Origin: Acetobacteraceae bacterium | Lineage (GTDB): Bacteria > Pseudomonadota > Alphaproteobacteria > Acetobacterales > Acetobacteraceae | DNA length: 64,000 nt | Assembly: GCA_947455205.1 (NCBI GenBank) | Contig: CANGNF010000009.1 | Location: 13,659 to 77,658 of the forward strand | Direction: 5' to 3' | In this document: positions 10,344 through 18,566 of the stretch, in pieces | Layout: every line of letters starts with the position of its first letter | Position numbering within the stretch: the first letter of the stretch is position 1 | The notes under the pieces: generated by a model | Databases searched by the model: none | Told to the model about the DNA's origin: nothing | Seen by the model: only the letters and a program-made list of their open reading frames with translations | Position numbers and translations under genes: made by a program

Positions 10344-11302
10344 CAGGCGACTTCCTGGTAGACGGAGGGATGAAACAGGTCTTCGGGCTGGATCGGGTTG
10401 GTCACCAGGCCATCGGCCAGGGCATAGCGGATCATCGCCGCGACTTCATCGCGGTTGCGCTGGAACCCGTAGGGCCAGGGGTCGCCGCCCATCAGCTTCG
10501 CTTGTTCCTCGGCTGCCACCGCAATCCACGGCAGCGCCACGCGCAGGAAGTTGACCTGCTTTAGGTCGTGCAGCGCGAGGTCGCGCGCCTGCGTGAAGGC
10601 GCGGAACAGCGCCAGCGGGACTTCCGGATGCTGCTCGGCCACGTCCTTGCGGATGGCGACGCAGTGCATGATGGGGAAGAAGCCGCTGGCCTGGTGCCAG
10701 GAAATCTCCTCCCGCATGTAGTCCGGGTACAGCCGGTCCACTGAGGCGCTGCGGTTCAGGTAGCAGGCGGGCGGGCGCGGGCCGATGAAGGCGTCAATCT
10801 CGCCGGCTTCCAGCGCCGCTTCCAGCGGCTTGCCCAGCGGCTGCACGTTGTGGCCGGGCGGCAGCGTGATGGCGATGCGTTCCTGCCCGGTGCGCCAGGC
10901 GATGCCGCGCGTGTCCACGCCGTAGTGCTCGCGCAGGAAGCCGCGCACCCACAGCGCCGCGGTCTGCTGGTATTCCGGAATGCCGATGGTGCGGCCGGCC
11001 AGGTCCGCCGCGGTGCGAATGCCGCGGTCGGTGCGGATGTAGATGGCGCTGTGGCGGAAGGCGCGGGAGAGAAAGACGGGGATGGCGGTGTAGGCCGCGT
11101 CGCCGCGCGCCGTGGTGGTGATGTGCGAGCCCATCGAGAGCTCCGTCACCTGGAAGTCCTTCTCGTTCAGCGCGCGGCGGAACATGTCCTCCGGCTCGCA
11201 GGGCACCTGGTTCAGCTCGATGCCCGGGATAGTGACGCGCCCTTCCAGGATCGGCCGCGTGCGGTCGGACATGGTGCAGGCCAGCGAAAGGCGAAGCGTC
11301 AT
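10343..11302 (-). CDS. 4,5-dihydroxyphthalate decarboxylase-like protein (PhtD family, binding-protein-like fold)
   Basis: 319 aa. MTLRLSLACTMSDRTRPILEGRVTIPGIELNQVP...FQVTELSMGSHI resembles PhtD-family N-termini as I remember them. ATGA overlap with the upstream gene and 1-nt overlap with the downstream Bug gene. Confidence 0.7.
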   Translation of the reverse strand: MTLRLSLACTMSDRTRPILEGRVTIPGIELNQVPCEPEDMFRRALNEKDFQVTELSMGSHITTTARGDAAYTAIPVFLSRAFRHSAIYIRTDRGIRTAADLAGRTIGIPEYQQTAALWVRGFLREHYGVDTRGIAWRTGQERIAITLPPGHNVQPLGKPLEAALEAGEIDAFIGPRPPACYLNRSASVDRLYPDYMREEISWHQASGFFPIMHCVAIRKDVAEQHPEVPLALFRAFTQARDLALHDLKQVNFLRVALPWIAVAAEEQAKLMGGDPWPYGFQRNRDEVAAMIRYALADGLVTNPIQPEDLFHPSVYQEVA

Positions 11303-13437
11303 GCCAGGTTCTCCGGCGTGAAGGGCAGTGCGTGCGGGCGGATGCCCAGCGCGTCGTGGATGGCGGCGGCGATGGCGGCGATGGTGGGCGCCATGCTGGC
11401 CTCGCCCGAGCCGAGGAAGGGCGCTTCCGGGTGGTTCAGCATGGCGGTTTCCACGGCGGGCACTTCGGTGAAGCGCAGCACGCGGTAGCCGTCCCAGTTG
11501 TCGCTGGTGATGTTGCGGCGGTCGAAGGTGACCTGCTCCAGCAGCGCGACGCTGGCGCCGTGGATGGCGCCACCCTCGAACTGGTTCACCACGCCATCGG
11601 GGTTGACGATCTCGCCGGCGTCACCGGCGACCCAGAGGCGGCGGCAGAACACCCGCTCCTTCGCCTCGATCTCGGCGGCAATGGCGGCGTAGGCGCCGGT
11701 GTTCTTGTAGCGGGCGAAGGCGATGCCGAGGCCCCAGCCCTCGCGCTTGGTGCGCGTGGCCCAGCCGCACATGTCCGCGGCCTTCTGCAGCACGGCGCGG
11801 GCGCGCGGGTCTTCCAGGTGGCGCAGGCGGTAGGCCACCGGGTCCTCGCCGGCGGCCTCGGCCAACTCGTCCAGGACGCTCTCGATGCTCCACACGTTCA
11901 GCGTGGCGCCCAGGCCGCGCAACGCACTGCTGCGGATGGGCATTTCCAGCAGGCGCGTGGTCTGCACGTCCAGCTTGGGGATGCGGTAGTAGGGGATGCC
12001 GTTGCGTGGGGCGCCGCCACCGCCGGCCATCGGCGGGTTGATGCTGGGCACCACCGGGAAGGCGTCTTCAAGCTGCGAAGCCGCCAGCAGCGTCGGGATC
12101 GGCGAGCGGCCGGGGCGGCCTGAATGGCCGTTGCTGATGATGTTGCTGCGCCACGCGACGAGGGTGCCGTCGGCGGCGACATCGGCTTCCACATCCACCA
12201 GCATGGCGCTGCTGAACGGGCCCCAGCCGAGTTCCTCGGCGCGGCTCCAAAGCAGGCGGACAGGCGTGCCGGGCACGGCGCGGGCGATCAGCGCGGCTTC
12301 CAGCGCCACGTCGTCGGCGCCGTTATGGCCGTAGCAGCCGGCGCCTTCCATGTGGTGGATCAGCACCTTGTCCTCGGTGGTCCGCAGCGTGCGGGAGACA
12401 TCGGCGCGCAGGTTGTACGGCCCCTGGGTGTGCGACCAGATCGTGACCGCGTCGCCGTTCCACTGCGCCACCGCGCAGCTGGTGCCGATGGAGGCGTGGG
12501 CCAGGAAAGGGCGGAAGAAGCTGCGCTTTTCCGTGCGGGCCACGGATGGCGCGGCGTCGTCGCGCGCCAGCACGCCGGTGCGTTCGCCGCGGGCGCCGGC
12601 CTCGCGCAGGTATTCGGCGTGCTGGGCCTGCTCGGGCAGCGTGTCGCGGACGCTCCACATTGCACGGGCGGTGACGCGGGCGGCGACGGCCTCGGCCTGC
12701 CATTCCGTCGGCGCCAGCACGGCGAGGAAGTTGCCGTCGCGCACCACTTGCGCGCCTTCGGGGGCGTCGGGCGTCGCCATCAGCGTGGCGGCGCGGGCGA
12801 CGGGGCGGATGACGCGTGCGTGCAGCATGCCCGGCAGGCGCATGTCGTGCACGTAGCGGCCGGTGCCGAAGACCTTTTCCGGCAGGTCGATGCGGGGCGT
12901 GGAGACGCCAACCTGGCGGCGCGCCTCGATGGCCTTCGGCTTCGCCTCGGGCGAAGCTTCGACCTCCAGCAGGTCCGCATTGGCAAGTTGCCAGTAGCTG
13001 CCGACCTCGCCCTGCGGCCCGATGAAGGCGCCGTCCCGCACGACCAGGCTCTCAATCGGCACGCCCGTGCGCTGCGAGGTGACGCTGAGAAAAATGCGGC
13101 GCGCATCGGCGGCGGCGTGGCGGATCGCGGTGCCGCTGTCCTGCGTCGACAGGCTGCCGCTGGTCACGCCTTCATCCGGGCTGGCCGGCGTGCTGGCGGC
13201 GACCATGCGGATGCGCGCGAAGTCCACGTCCAGTTCATCGGCGGCGATCTGGCCCAGCGTGGTCAGGATGCCCTGGCCGATCTCCACCTTGCCGGGGTGG
13301 ACCTCCACCGTGCCATCCGCGCTGAAGCGCAGCCATTGCGAGAGCCGGCGGTTGACGTTGAGGCTGCCCGGCAGCTTCGGCTTGTTGGGGTCCACCGGGG
13401 TGGTGTGGGCGAAGCCGGAGGAGGAGGTCGCGCTCAT
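11299..13437 (-). CDS. Molybdopterin-binding large subunit of an Ior/aldehyde-oxidase-type hydroxylase (xanthine dehydrogenase family)
   Basis: Track ORF 11299..13770 trimmed to ATG 13437 (ATGA overlap with the small-subunit stop). 712 aa. Contains GKVEIGQGILTTLGQIAADEL and GGAIHGASVALLEQV. Confidence 0.9.
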   Translation of the reverse strand: MSATSSSGFAHTTPVDPNKPKLPGSLNVNRRLSQWLRFSADGTVEVHPGKVEIGQGILTTLGQIAADELDVDFARIRMVAASTPASPDEGVTSGSLSTQDSGTAIRHAAADARRIFLSVTSQRTGVPIESLVVRDGAFIGPQGEVGSYWQLANADLLEVEASPEAKPKAIEARRQVGVSTPRIDLPEKVFGTGRYVHDMRLPGMLHARVIRPVARAATLMATPDAPEGAQVVRDGNFLAVLAPTEWQAEAVAARVTARAMWSVRDTLPEQAQHAEYLREAGARGERTGVLARDDAAPSVARTEKRSFFRPFLAHASIGTSCAVAQWNGDAVTIWSHTQGPYNLRADVSRTLRTTEDKVLIHHMEGAGCYGHNGADDVALEAALIARAVPGTPVRLLWSRAEELGWGPFSSAMLVDVEADVAADGTLVAWRSNIISNGHSGRPGRSPIPTLLAASQLEDAFPVVPSINPPMAGGGGAPRNGIPYYRIPKLDVQTTRLLEMPIRSSALRGLGATLNVWSIESVLDELAEAAGEDPVAYRLRHLEDPRARAVLQKAADMCGWATRTKREGWGLGIAFARYKNTGAYAAIAAEIEAKERVFCRRLWVAGDAGEIVNPDGVVNQFEGGAIHGASVALLEQVTFDRRNITSDNWDGYRVLRFTEVPAVETAMLNHPEAPFLGSGEASMAPTIAAIAAAIHDALGIRPHALPFTPENLA

Positions 13438-13895
13438 GCCCGCATCTCCTGCGCCGCGCGGCGCACCGCGCGGATGATCCGGTTGTGGCTGCCGCAGCGG
13501 CAGAGATGCGGGTCCAGCGCCACGCGGATCTCGTCCTCGCTGGGGTCCGGGTTGGCGGCCAGCAGCGCGCTGGCGCTGACCAGGATGCCGGAGAGACACC
13601 AGCCGCATTGCCCCGCCTGTTCCGCCAGAAAGGCCGCCTGCAGCGGATGCGGCGCGGCCATGTCGCCGAGGCCTTCCGAGGTGGTCACGCACTTGCCGCC
13701 CGCGGCCTCCACACCCAGCGTGCAGGCGAAGGTCGGCACGCCATCCAGCAGCACCATGCAGCTGCCGCACTTCTCGTCGCCACAGCCGTAGCGCGGGCCG
13801 GAGAGCCCCAGCGGGCCGCGCAGCGCGTGCAGCAGGCTGGTGCCATCAGGAACGTCCACGCTGACCGCAGCGCCGTTCAAGGTAAAGTTCGTCAT
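13434..13895 (-). CDS. (2Fe-2S)-binding small subunit of the molybdenum hydroxylase
   Basis: This is the C-terminal 153 aa of track ORF 13434..15035, starting MTNFTLNGAAVSVDV. Cys motifs are GCGDEKCGSCMV and QCGWC...CRCG. Confidence 0.9.
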   Translation of the reverse strand: MTNFTLNGAAVSVDVPDGTSLLHALRGPLGLSGPRYGCGDEKCGSCMVLLDGVPTFACTLGVEAAGGKCVTTSEGLGDMAAPHPLQAAFLAEQAGQCGWCLSGILVSASALLAANPDPSEDEIRVALDPHLCRCGSHNRIIRAVRRAAQEMRA

Positions 13896-14851
13896 TCCGC
13901 CGTGATCCCCGCTTCCCGTACCAGCTTGCCCAGCATCTCGACATCGCGGGCCAGCAGCGCGTCGTATTCCGCCAGCGTCATCACCATGCTCTCGGCGCCC
14001 ATGCGGCGCATGGCGGCACGCCCGGTCTCGCTGGCCATGGCCTTCGTCACCTCGGCGTGCAACCGCTCCACGATCGGGCGCGGCGTCGCCGCCGGCATCA
14101 TCAGTCCGACCCAGATCGGGTATTCGAAGCCCGGCACCGTCTCCGCCACCGTCGGCAGGTCGGGCAGGAAGCTGTCGCGCCTTGCCCCCGTGGTGGCCAG
14201 GCCGCGCACCCGCCCGCCGGCGATCTGCGGCGCCATGCTGGGGATACCGTCGAACATGATCGGCACCTGTCCGCTGATGACCGCGGTGCGCGCCTCGTTG
14301 GAGCCGCGGAAGCTGACGGCGACCATGTCCACGCCGGCCATGTGCTTCAGCATCTCGCCGGCCAGGTGGTAGGGCGTGCCGGGGCCGGAATGCGCGTAGT
14401 TCCACTTGCCCGGCTCGCGCTTCAGCAGCGCGATGAACTCCGGCAGCGTCGTCGCCGGCACGCTGGGGTGCAGCGCCAGCACGTTGTTGGCCAGGTTGAT
14501 CGGCGCCACGCCGGTCAGGTCGCGCAGCAGCACGTAGCCGCGCTGCGGTTGCAGCGTCTCGTTCGCCGCGGCGGTGTTGCCCAGCGTCACCAGCGTGTAG
14601 CCATCCGGCGCCGCCTTGGCCACCAGGTCGGTGCCGATGCGGCCCCCGGCGCCGGGCTTGTTGTCGATGATGACGGGCACGCCCAGCGCCTGGGACAGCG
14701 GTTCCGCCACGTAGCGCGCGGCCACGTCGGCGGCGCCGCCCAGGCCGAAGGGCACCACGATGCGGATGGGCCGCGACGGCCAGGGCGCCTGTTGCGCGTG
14801 GACCGCGGGCGTTGCCAACAAGCCGGCCAGCAAGGGGCGACGGGCGATCAT
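13892..14851 (-). CDS. Bug-family (TctC) substrate-binding protein
   Basis: 319 aa. Contains MIARRPLLAGLLATPAVHAQQ and WPSRPIRIVVPFGLGGAAD. ATGA overlaps at both ends. Confidence 0.9.
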   Translation of the reverse strand: MIARRPLLAGLLATPAVHAQQAPWPSRPIRIVVPFGLGGAADVAARYVAEPLSQALGVPVIIDNKPGAGGRIGTDLVAKAAPDGYTLVTLGNTAAANETLQPQRGYVLLRDLTGVAPINLANNVLALHPSVPATTLPEFIALLKREPGKWNYAHSGPGTPYHLAGEMLKHMAGVDMVAVSFRGSNEARTAVISGQVPIMFDGIPSMAPQIAGGRVRGLATTGARRDSFLPDLPTVAETVPGFEYPIWVGLMMPAATPRPIVERLHAEVTKAMASETGRAAMRRMGAESMVMTLAEYDALLARDVEMLGKLVREAGITAE

Positions 14852-15804
14852 TGGGCCAAAATCCGCGCCATGCGGATATACTCGCGCTGGCGGGCGATAT
14901 CCTGCTCCACGTAGCCGCCGAACTCGGCCACGCCCATGGGCATGGGCTGCGCGCCGGAGCGGGCCTGGGCCTGCTGCGTCGCCGGCAGCGCCAGGATGCG
15001 GTTGACCTCGGCATGCAGCCGCTCCACCGCATCATCCGGCATCGCCCTCGGCGCCATCAGGCCAAGCCAGATGTTGGCCTCGTAGCCCGGCACCGTGTCG
15101 GCCACCGTCGGCAGTTCCGGCATCAGCGGGTTGCGCGCGGGGCCGGTGGTGGCCAGGCCCAGCACGCGGCCGCCGGTGATCTGCTCGCGCATCGTGGGAA
15201 TGGCGTCGAACATCATCGGCACCTGGCCGGAGATCAACGCGGTCCGCGCCTCGTTGGAGCCACGGAAGGGGATGTGGTTCAGCTGGATGCCCGCCATGCC
15301 GGCGAAGACCTCGCCGGCGATGTGATAGGGCGTGCCCGGGCCGGAGCTGGCGAAGTCGATGGCGCCAGGCGCCGCCTTGGCCTTGGCGATCAGCTCCGCC
15401 ACGCTCTTCACCCCCAGCGAGGGATGCACCGCCAGCACGTGGTAGGCGACATTCACCGCCGCCACCGGCCGCAGGTCGCGCAGCAGCACATAGGGGCGGC
15501 TGGGCAGCAGCGTCTCGTTGGCGGTGTGGGTGTTGCTCATCAGCAAAATCGTGTGGGCGTCGGTCGCCTTGGTTACCGCCTCGGTGCCGATGACGGCGCC
15601 GGCACCGGGCCGGTTCTCCACCACCACCGGCTGGCCGAGCGCGTTGGACAGCGGTTCCGCCAGGAAGCGCGCGGCGACATCGGCGCTGCCGCCCAGGCCG
15701 AAGGGCACGATGATGCGCAGCGGTCGGCTGGGCCAGGTGGCCTGGGCGCGGGCCACGAGGGGCGCGAGCAATGCCGCCCGAACCAGACTTCTGCGCTGCA
15801 GCAT
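14848..15804 (-). CDS. Bug-family (TctC) substrate-binding protein, tandem paralog of 13892..14851
   Basis: Track ORF 14848..15843 trimmed to MLQRRSLVRAALLAPLVARAQ. Contains WPSRPLRIIVPFGLGGSAD. Long colinear identity to the neighbouring Bug protein is visible by eye. Confidence 0.85.
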   Translation of the reverse strand: MLQRRSLVRAALLAPLVARAQATWPSRPLRIIVPFGLGGSADVAARFLAEPLSNALGQPVVVENRPGAGAVIGTEAVTKATDAHTILLMSNTHTANETLLPSRPYVLLRDLRPVAAVNVAYHVLAVHPSLGVKSVAELIAKAKAAPGAIDFASSGPGTPYHIAGEVFAGMAGIQLNHIPFRGSNEARTALISGQVPMMFDAIPTMREQITGGRVLGLATTGPARNPLMPELPTVADTVPGYEANIWLGLMAPRAMPDDAVERLHAEVNRILALPATQQAQARSGAQPMPMGVAEFGGYVEQDIARQREYIRMARILAQ

Positions 15805-15870
15805 GCCTTGCGTCCCCGCCCTGTTATCGGCGGGAATATGCACCGCTTCGGGCGGAAGCCAAGGGGCGCG

Positions 15871-16809
15871 TCAGTGCCGGATGTAGAAGGCCTCGATCTC
15901 GGTGCCCAACCGGCCGGTATGCTCGATCAATTCCGTCAGGAAGCCGTGCAGCCCGCCGGCCAGGATGCTGTCGATGCGGCCGAAATTCAGCTTGGCCTGC
16001 ATCTCCCCGGCCAGGCGGTGGCATTCCCCGGTGCGGCCGCCCTGCCCCTTGGCGATGGCGTCCAGCGTCTTCGCCACCTCGGAATGGCAGGCCATCAGGC
16101 TGCGCGGCAGCTCCGGCCGCAGGATCAGCAACTCCGCGATCTTCCGCGGCTGCAGCCGGTCCCGGTACACCCATTGGTAGGCACGGCCGGCCGAGACCGA
16201 GCGCAGCAGCGCCTGCCACTGGGCATGGGCCACGGCGCCATCGGTCTCCGGCGCCAGGATCTCGTGCCGCACGTCCAGCAGGCGCGCGGTGCAGTCGGCG
16301 CGTTCCAGCATGGTGCCCAGGTGGACGAAGCGCCAGGCCTCGTCCCGCAGCATGGTGTCGTGCGCGGCGCCGTTGAACAGCAGCACCCGCTCCCGCACCC
16401 ACTCCAGGAAGCCGGGCAGCTTCTCGCCTTCCACCTTGTCCACCGACATGGCGCGCAGCTCGTTCCAGCTGTCGTTCAGGCTGGACCACATGGCCACCGT
16501 CAGCGCCGTGCGGACGCTGCGGGCATTGCTGCGCGCGGCGGCCAGGCAGGACGCGATGGCCGAATGGTTGTCCTCGTCGAAGACCAGCCAATGCACCACC
16601 TTGTCCTGGGTGGCGCGGTCATGCTTGCCGAAGAAGCCCTCGTCGCAGCCAGCGGCAACCAGCAGGCTGCGCCAGACCTCTTCCTCACCGGCCTCGTCGC
16701 CGGCCACGCTGGCCATGCGCGCGGCCACTTCCAGGCCGCGGGCGATGTTGCCGGCACGCTCCATGTAGCGGGAAAGCCAGAACAGGCAGTCGGCGGTACG
16801 GCTGAGCAT
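15871..16809 (-). CDS. Alpha-E domain protein (partner of circularly permuted ATP-grasp enzymes)
   Basis: This is the C-terminal 312 aa of track ORF 15871..17250, starting MLSRTADCLFWLSRYMERAGNIARGLEV, the classic alpha-E N-terminus. 1-nt TGATG overlap with the upstream gene. Confidence 0.85.
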   Translation of the reverse strand: MLSRTADCLFWLSRYMERAGNIARGLEVAARMASVAGDEAGEEEVWRSLLVAAGCDEGFFGKHDRATQDKVVHWLVFDEDNHSAIASCLAAARSNARSVRTALTVAMWSSLNDSWNELRAMSVDKVEGEKLPGFLEWVRERVLLFNGAAHDTMLRDEAWRFVHLGTMLERADCTARLLDVRHEILAPETDGAVAHAQWQALLRSVSAGRAYQWVYRDRLQPRKIAELLILRPELPRSLMACHSEVAKTLDAIAKGQGGRTGECHRLAGEMQAKLNFGRIDSILAGGLHGFLTELIEHTGRLGTEIEAFYIRH

Positions 16810-18299
16810 CAGCGCTGCTCCTGCGACTGGCTTTGGCCGGGGGCGTCGGTCTGCGCTTCCAGCGGGCCTTCCCCTTCCAGCACCCAGGTATCCTTGGTGC
16901 CGCCGCCCTGGCTGCTGTTGACCACCAGGCTGCCCTCGCGCAGGGCCACGCGCGTCAGCCCGCCGGGCACGATGCGGACTTCCTTGCCGCTCAGCACGAA
17001 GGGGCGGAGATCCACATGGCGTGGCGCCACGCCCTTGTCCCCCAGCGTCGGGCAGGTGGACAGCGCCAGCGTCGGCTGGGCGATGTAGTCGGCCGGCTTG
17101 GCCTTGATGCGCGCGGCGAAGTCGGCACGCTCGGCCGCCGTGGCGTGCGGGCCGACCAGCATGCCGTAGCCGCCGCTGCCCTTGCACAGCTTCACCACCA
17201 GCTCGTCCAGATGCTCCAGCACGTATTTCCGGTCGTCGTCGCGCTCGCACAGATAGGTTGGCACGTTGGCGATCAGCGGCTCCTCGCCCAGGTAGAACCG
17301 CACCATGTCCGGCACATAAGGGTAGATCGCCTTGTCGTCGGCGATGCCGCCGCCCGGCGCATTGGCCAGCGCGACATTGCCGGCCAGGTAGGCGCCCATC
17401 AGCCCGGGCACGCCGACCAGGCTGTCCTCGCGGAACACCTCGGGGTCGAGGAACTCGTCATCGATGCGGCGGTAGATCACGTCCACGCGTTTCGGCCCGG
17501 CGGTGGTGCGCATGAAGACCCGCTTGTCCTGCACCACCAGGTCGCCGCCCTCGACCACCTCGATGCCCATCTCGTCGGCCAGGAAGCAGTGTTCGTAGTA
17601 GGCACTGTTGAAGGGCCCTGGGGTCAGCAGCACCACGTTCGGGTCGCCCGGGCAGTTCGGCGGGGCGGCCTCCTTCAGCGTGGTCAGCAACTCCTCGGGG
17701 TAGCGCGACACGGGCGCGATGCGGTGGCGGTGGCAGAGCCGGGGGAACAGCCGCAGCATCGCCTCGCGGTTTTCCAGCATGTAGGAAACGCCGGAGGGCG
17801 TGCGGCAATTGTCCTCCAGCACGTAGAATTTGTCCGGCCCGGTACGCACCAGGTCGATGCCGGAGATATGCGTGTAGATCCCGCCGGGCGGGGTGAAGCC
17901 GGCCATGACCGGGCGCAACGCCTCGTTCTCCACCACCAGGGCCCTGGGCATCTTGCCGGCGCGGATGATCTCCTGCTTGCCGTAGACATCCGCCAGGAAG
18001 GCGTTGAGCGCTTTGACCCGCTGGGTCAGCCCGGCGGCCAGGCGCTGCCATTCGGACTGCGCCATGATGCGGGGGATGATGTCGAAGGGGATCAGCCGCT
18101 CGGGGTCGCCGCCCTCGCCATACACCGCGAAGGTGATGCCGATGCGGCGGAACAGGTGCTCCGCCTCGCCCCGCTTGCGCGCCAGGTCCTCCGGCGGCGT
18201 GGCGGCGAGCCAGCGCTGGATTTCGGCATAGGCCGGGCTGGCGGCGATCTGGCCGGCCAGGCCATTCATTTCATCGTAGGCGGCAGGCGGTGGGGCCAC
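16809..18299 (-). CDS. Circularly permuted type-2 ATP-grasp protein (COG2308-like amidoligase)
   Basis: 496 aa with a GTG start. Contains RIGITFAVYGE...ERLIPFDIIPRI, FYVLEDNCRTPSGVSYMLENR and VNSSQGGGTKDTWVL. Confidence 0.85.
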   Translation of the reverse strand: MAPPPAAYDEMNGLAGQIAASPAYAEIQRWLAATPPEDLARKRGEAEHLFRRIGITFAVYGEGGDPERLIPFDIIPRIMAQSEWQRLAAGLTQRVKALNAFLADVYGKQEIIRAGKMPRALVVENEALRPVMAGFTPPGGIYTHISGIDLVRTGPDKFYVLEDNCRTPSGVSYMLENREAMLRLFPRLCHRHRIAPVSRYPEELLTTLKEAAPPNCPGDPNVVLLTPGPFNSAYYEHCFLADEMGIEVVEGGDLVVQDKRVFMRTTAGPKRVDVIYRRIDDEFLDPEVFREDSLVGVPGLMGAYLAGNVALANAPGGGIADDKAIYPYVPDMVRFYLGEEPLIANVPTYLCERDDDRKYVLEHLDELVVKLCKGSGGYGMLVGPHATAAERADFAARIKAKPADYIAQPTLALSTCPTLGDKGVAPRHVDLRPFVLSGKEVRIVPGGLTRVALREGSLVVNSSQGGGTKDTWVLEGEGPLEAQTDAPGQSQSQEQR

Positions 18300-18360
18300 T
18301 TTAGATCGGTCTTCCCTTGGCCCCCTGGGGAGCGTTGACGGAGCGGTGACGGCGCGGTCG

Positions 18361-18447
18361 GCAATGGATTCCTGGCGCTTGGTGCCACCGGTAAGGCATC
18401 ACGGCAGCGGCCTGGAAGGCAAGCCGGGAAGCAGTGGATTCGGTGCC
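18361..18447. repeat. Direct repeat GCA[A/G]TGGATTC (18361-18371 and 18431-18441), each followed by GGTGCC, in the 267-nt divergent intergenic region
   Basis: Read directly from the sequence. 10 of 11 positions are identical and the copies are 70 bp apart. GGTGCC lies at 18381-18386 and 18442-18447. Confidence 0.3.
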
Positions 18448-18462
18448 GGGAAGCACCGAGGA

Positions 18463-18491
18463 TGCACAATTCCGGGGCTGTTGCGTAGAAT
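18463..18491 (+). promoter_or_regulatory. Candidate sigma70-type promoter for the TPP-enzyme gene (TGCACA-N17-TAGAAT)
   Basis: TAGAAT lies at 18486-18491 and TGCACA at 18463-18468, with 17-nt spacing, about 75 nt upstream of ATG 18567. The -35 element is weak (4 of 6). Confidence 0.2.
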
Positions 18492-18566
18492 CTGCACAAG
18501 CCATCCCCATGGACGCGGCGTCGCCGCCGCCTATGCTGGCCGTGGAATGGGGTTGATGGGGCAGAG

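Noticed and set aside
15805-15870. A terminator between the alpha-E gene and the Bug/Mo-hydroxylase operon
   Set aside because: Two short hairpins (5-6 bp stems) are present. They are weak, lack a U-tract, and one overlaps the next gene's ribosome-binding region. I cannot decide between termination and read-through, so I annotated no feature.
14812-17088. Very long antisense ORFs as possible overprinted genes. Examples: 14812..17088 (+, 758 aa), 33385..35781 (-, 798 aa), 59239..61566 (-, 775 aa), 30203..32116 (-, 637 aa), 20110..21984 (+, 624 aa), 39399..41222 (-, 607 aa), 12124..13791 (+, 555 aa), 18531..20111 (-, 526 aa) and 7683..9041 (-, 452 aa).
   Set aside because: - All lie opposite well-supported genes and run across several gene boundaries.
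- All translate to Arg/Gly/Ala/Pro/His-rich low-complexity sequence with no motifs.
- Stop-free antisense frames are expected when sense codons are GC3-saturated.
- I see no independent evidence such as an SD or a domain.
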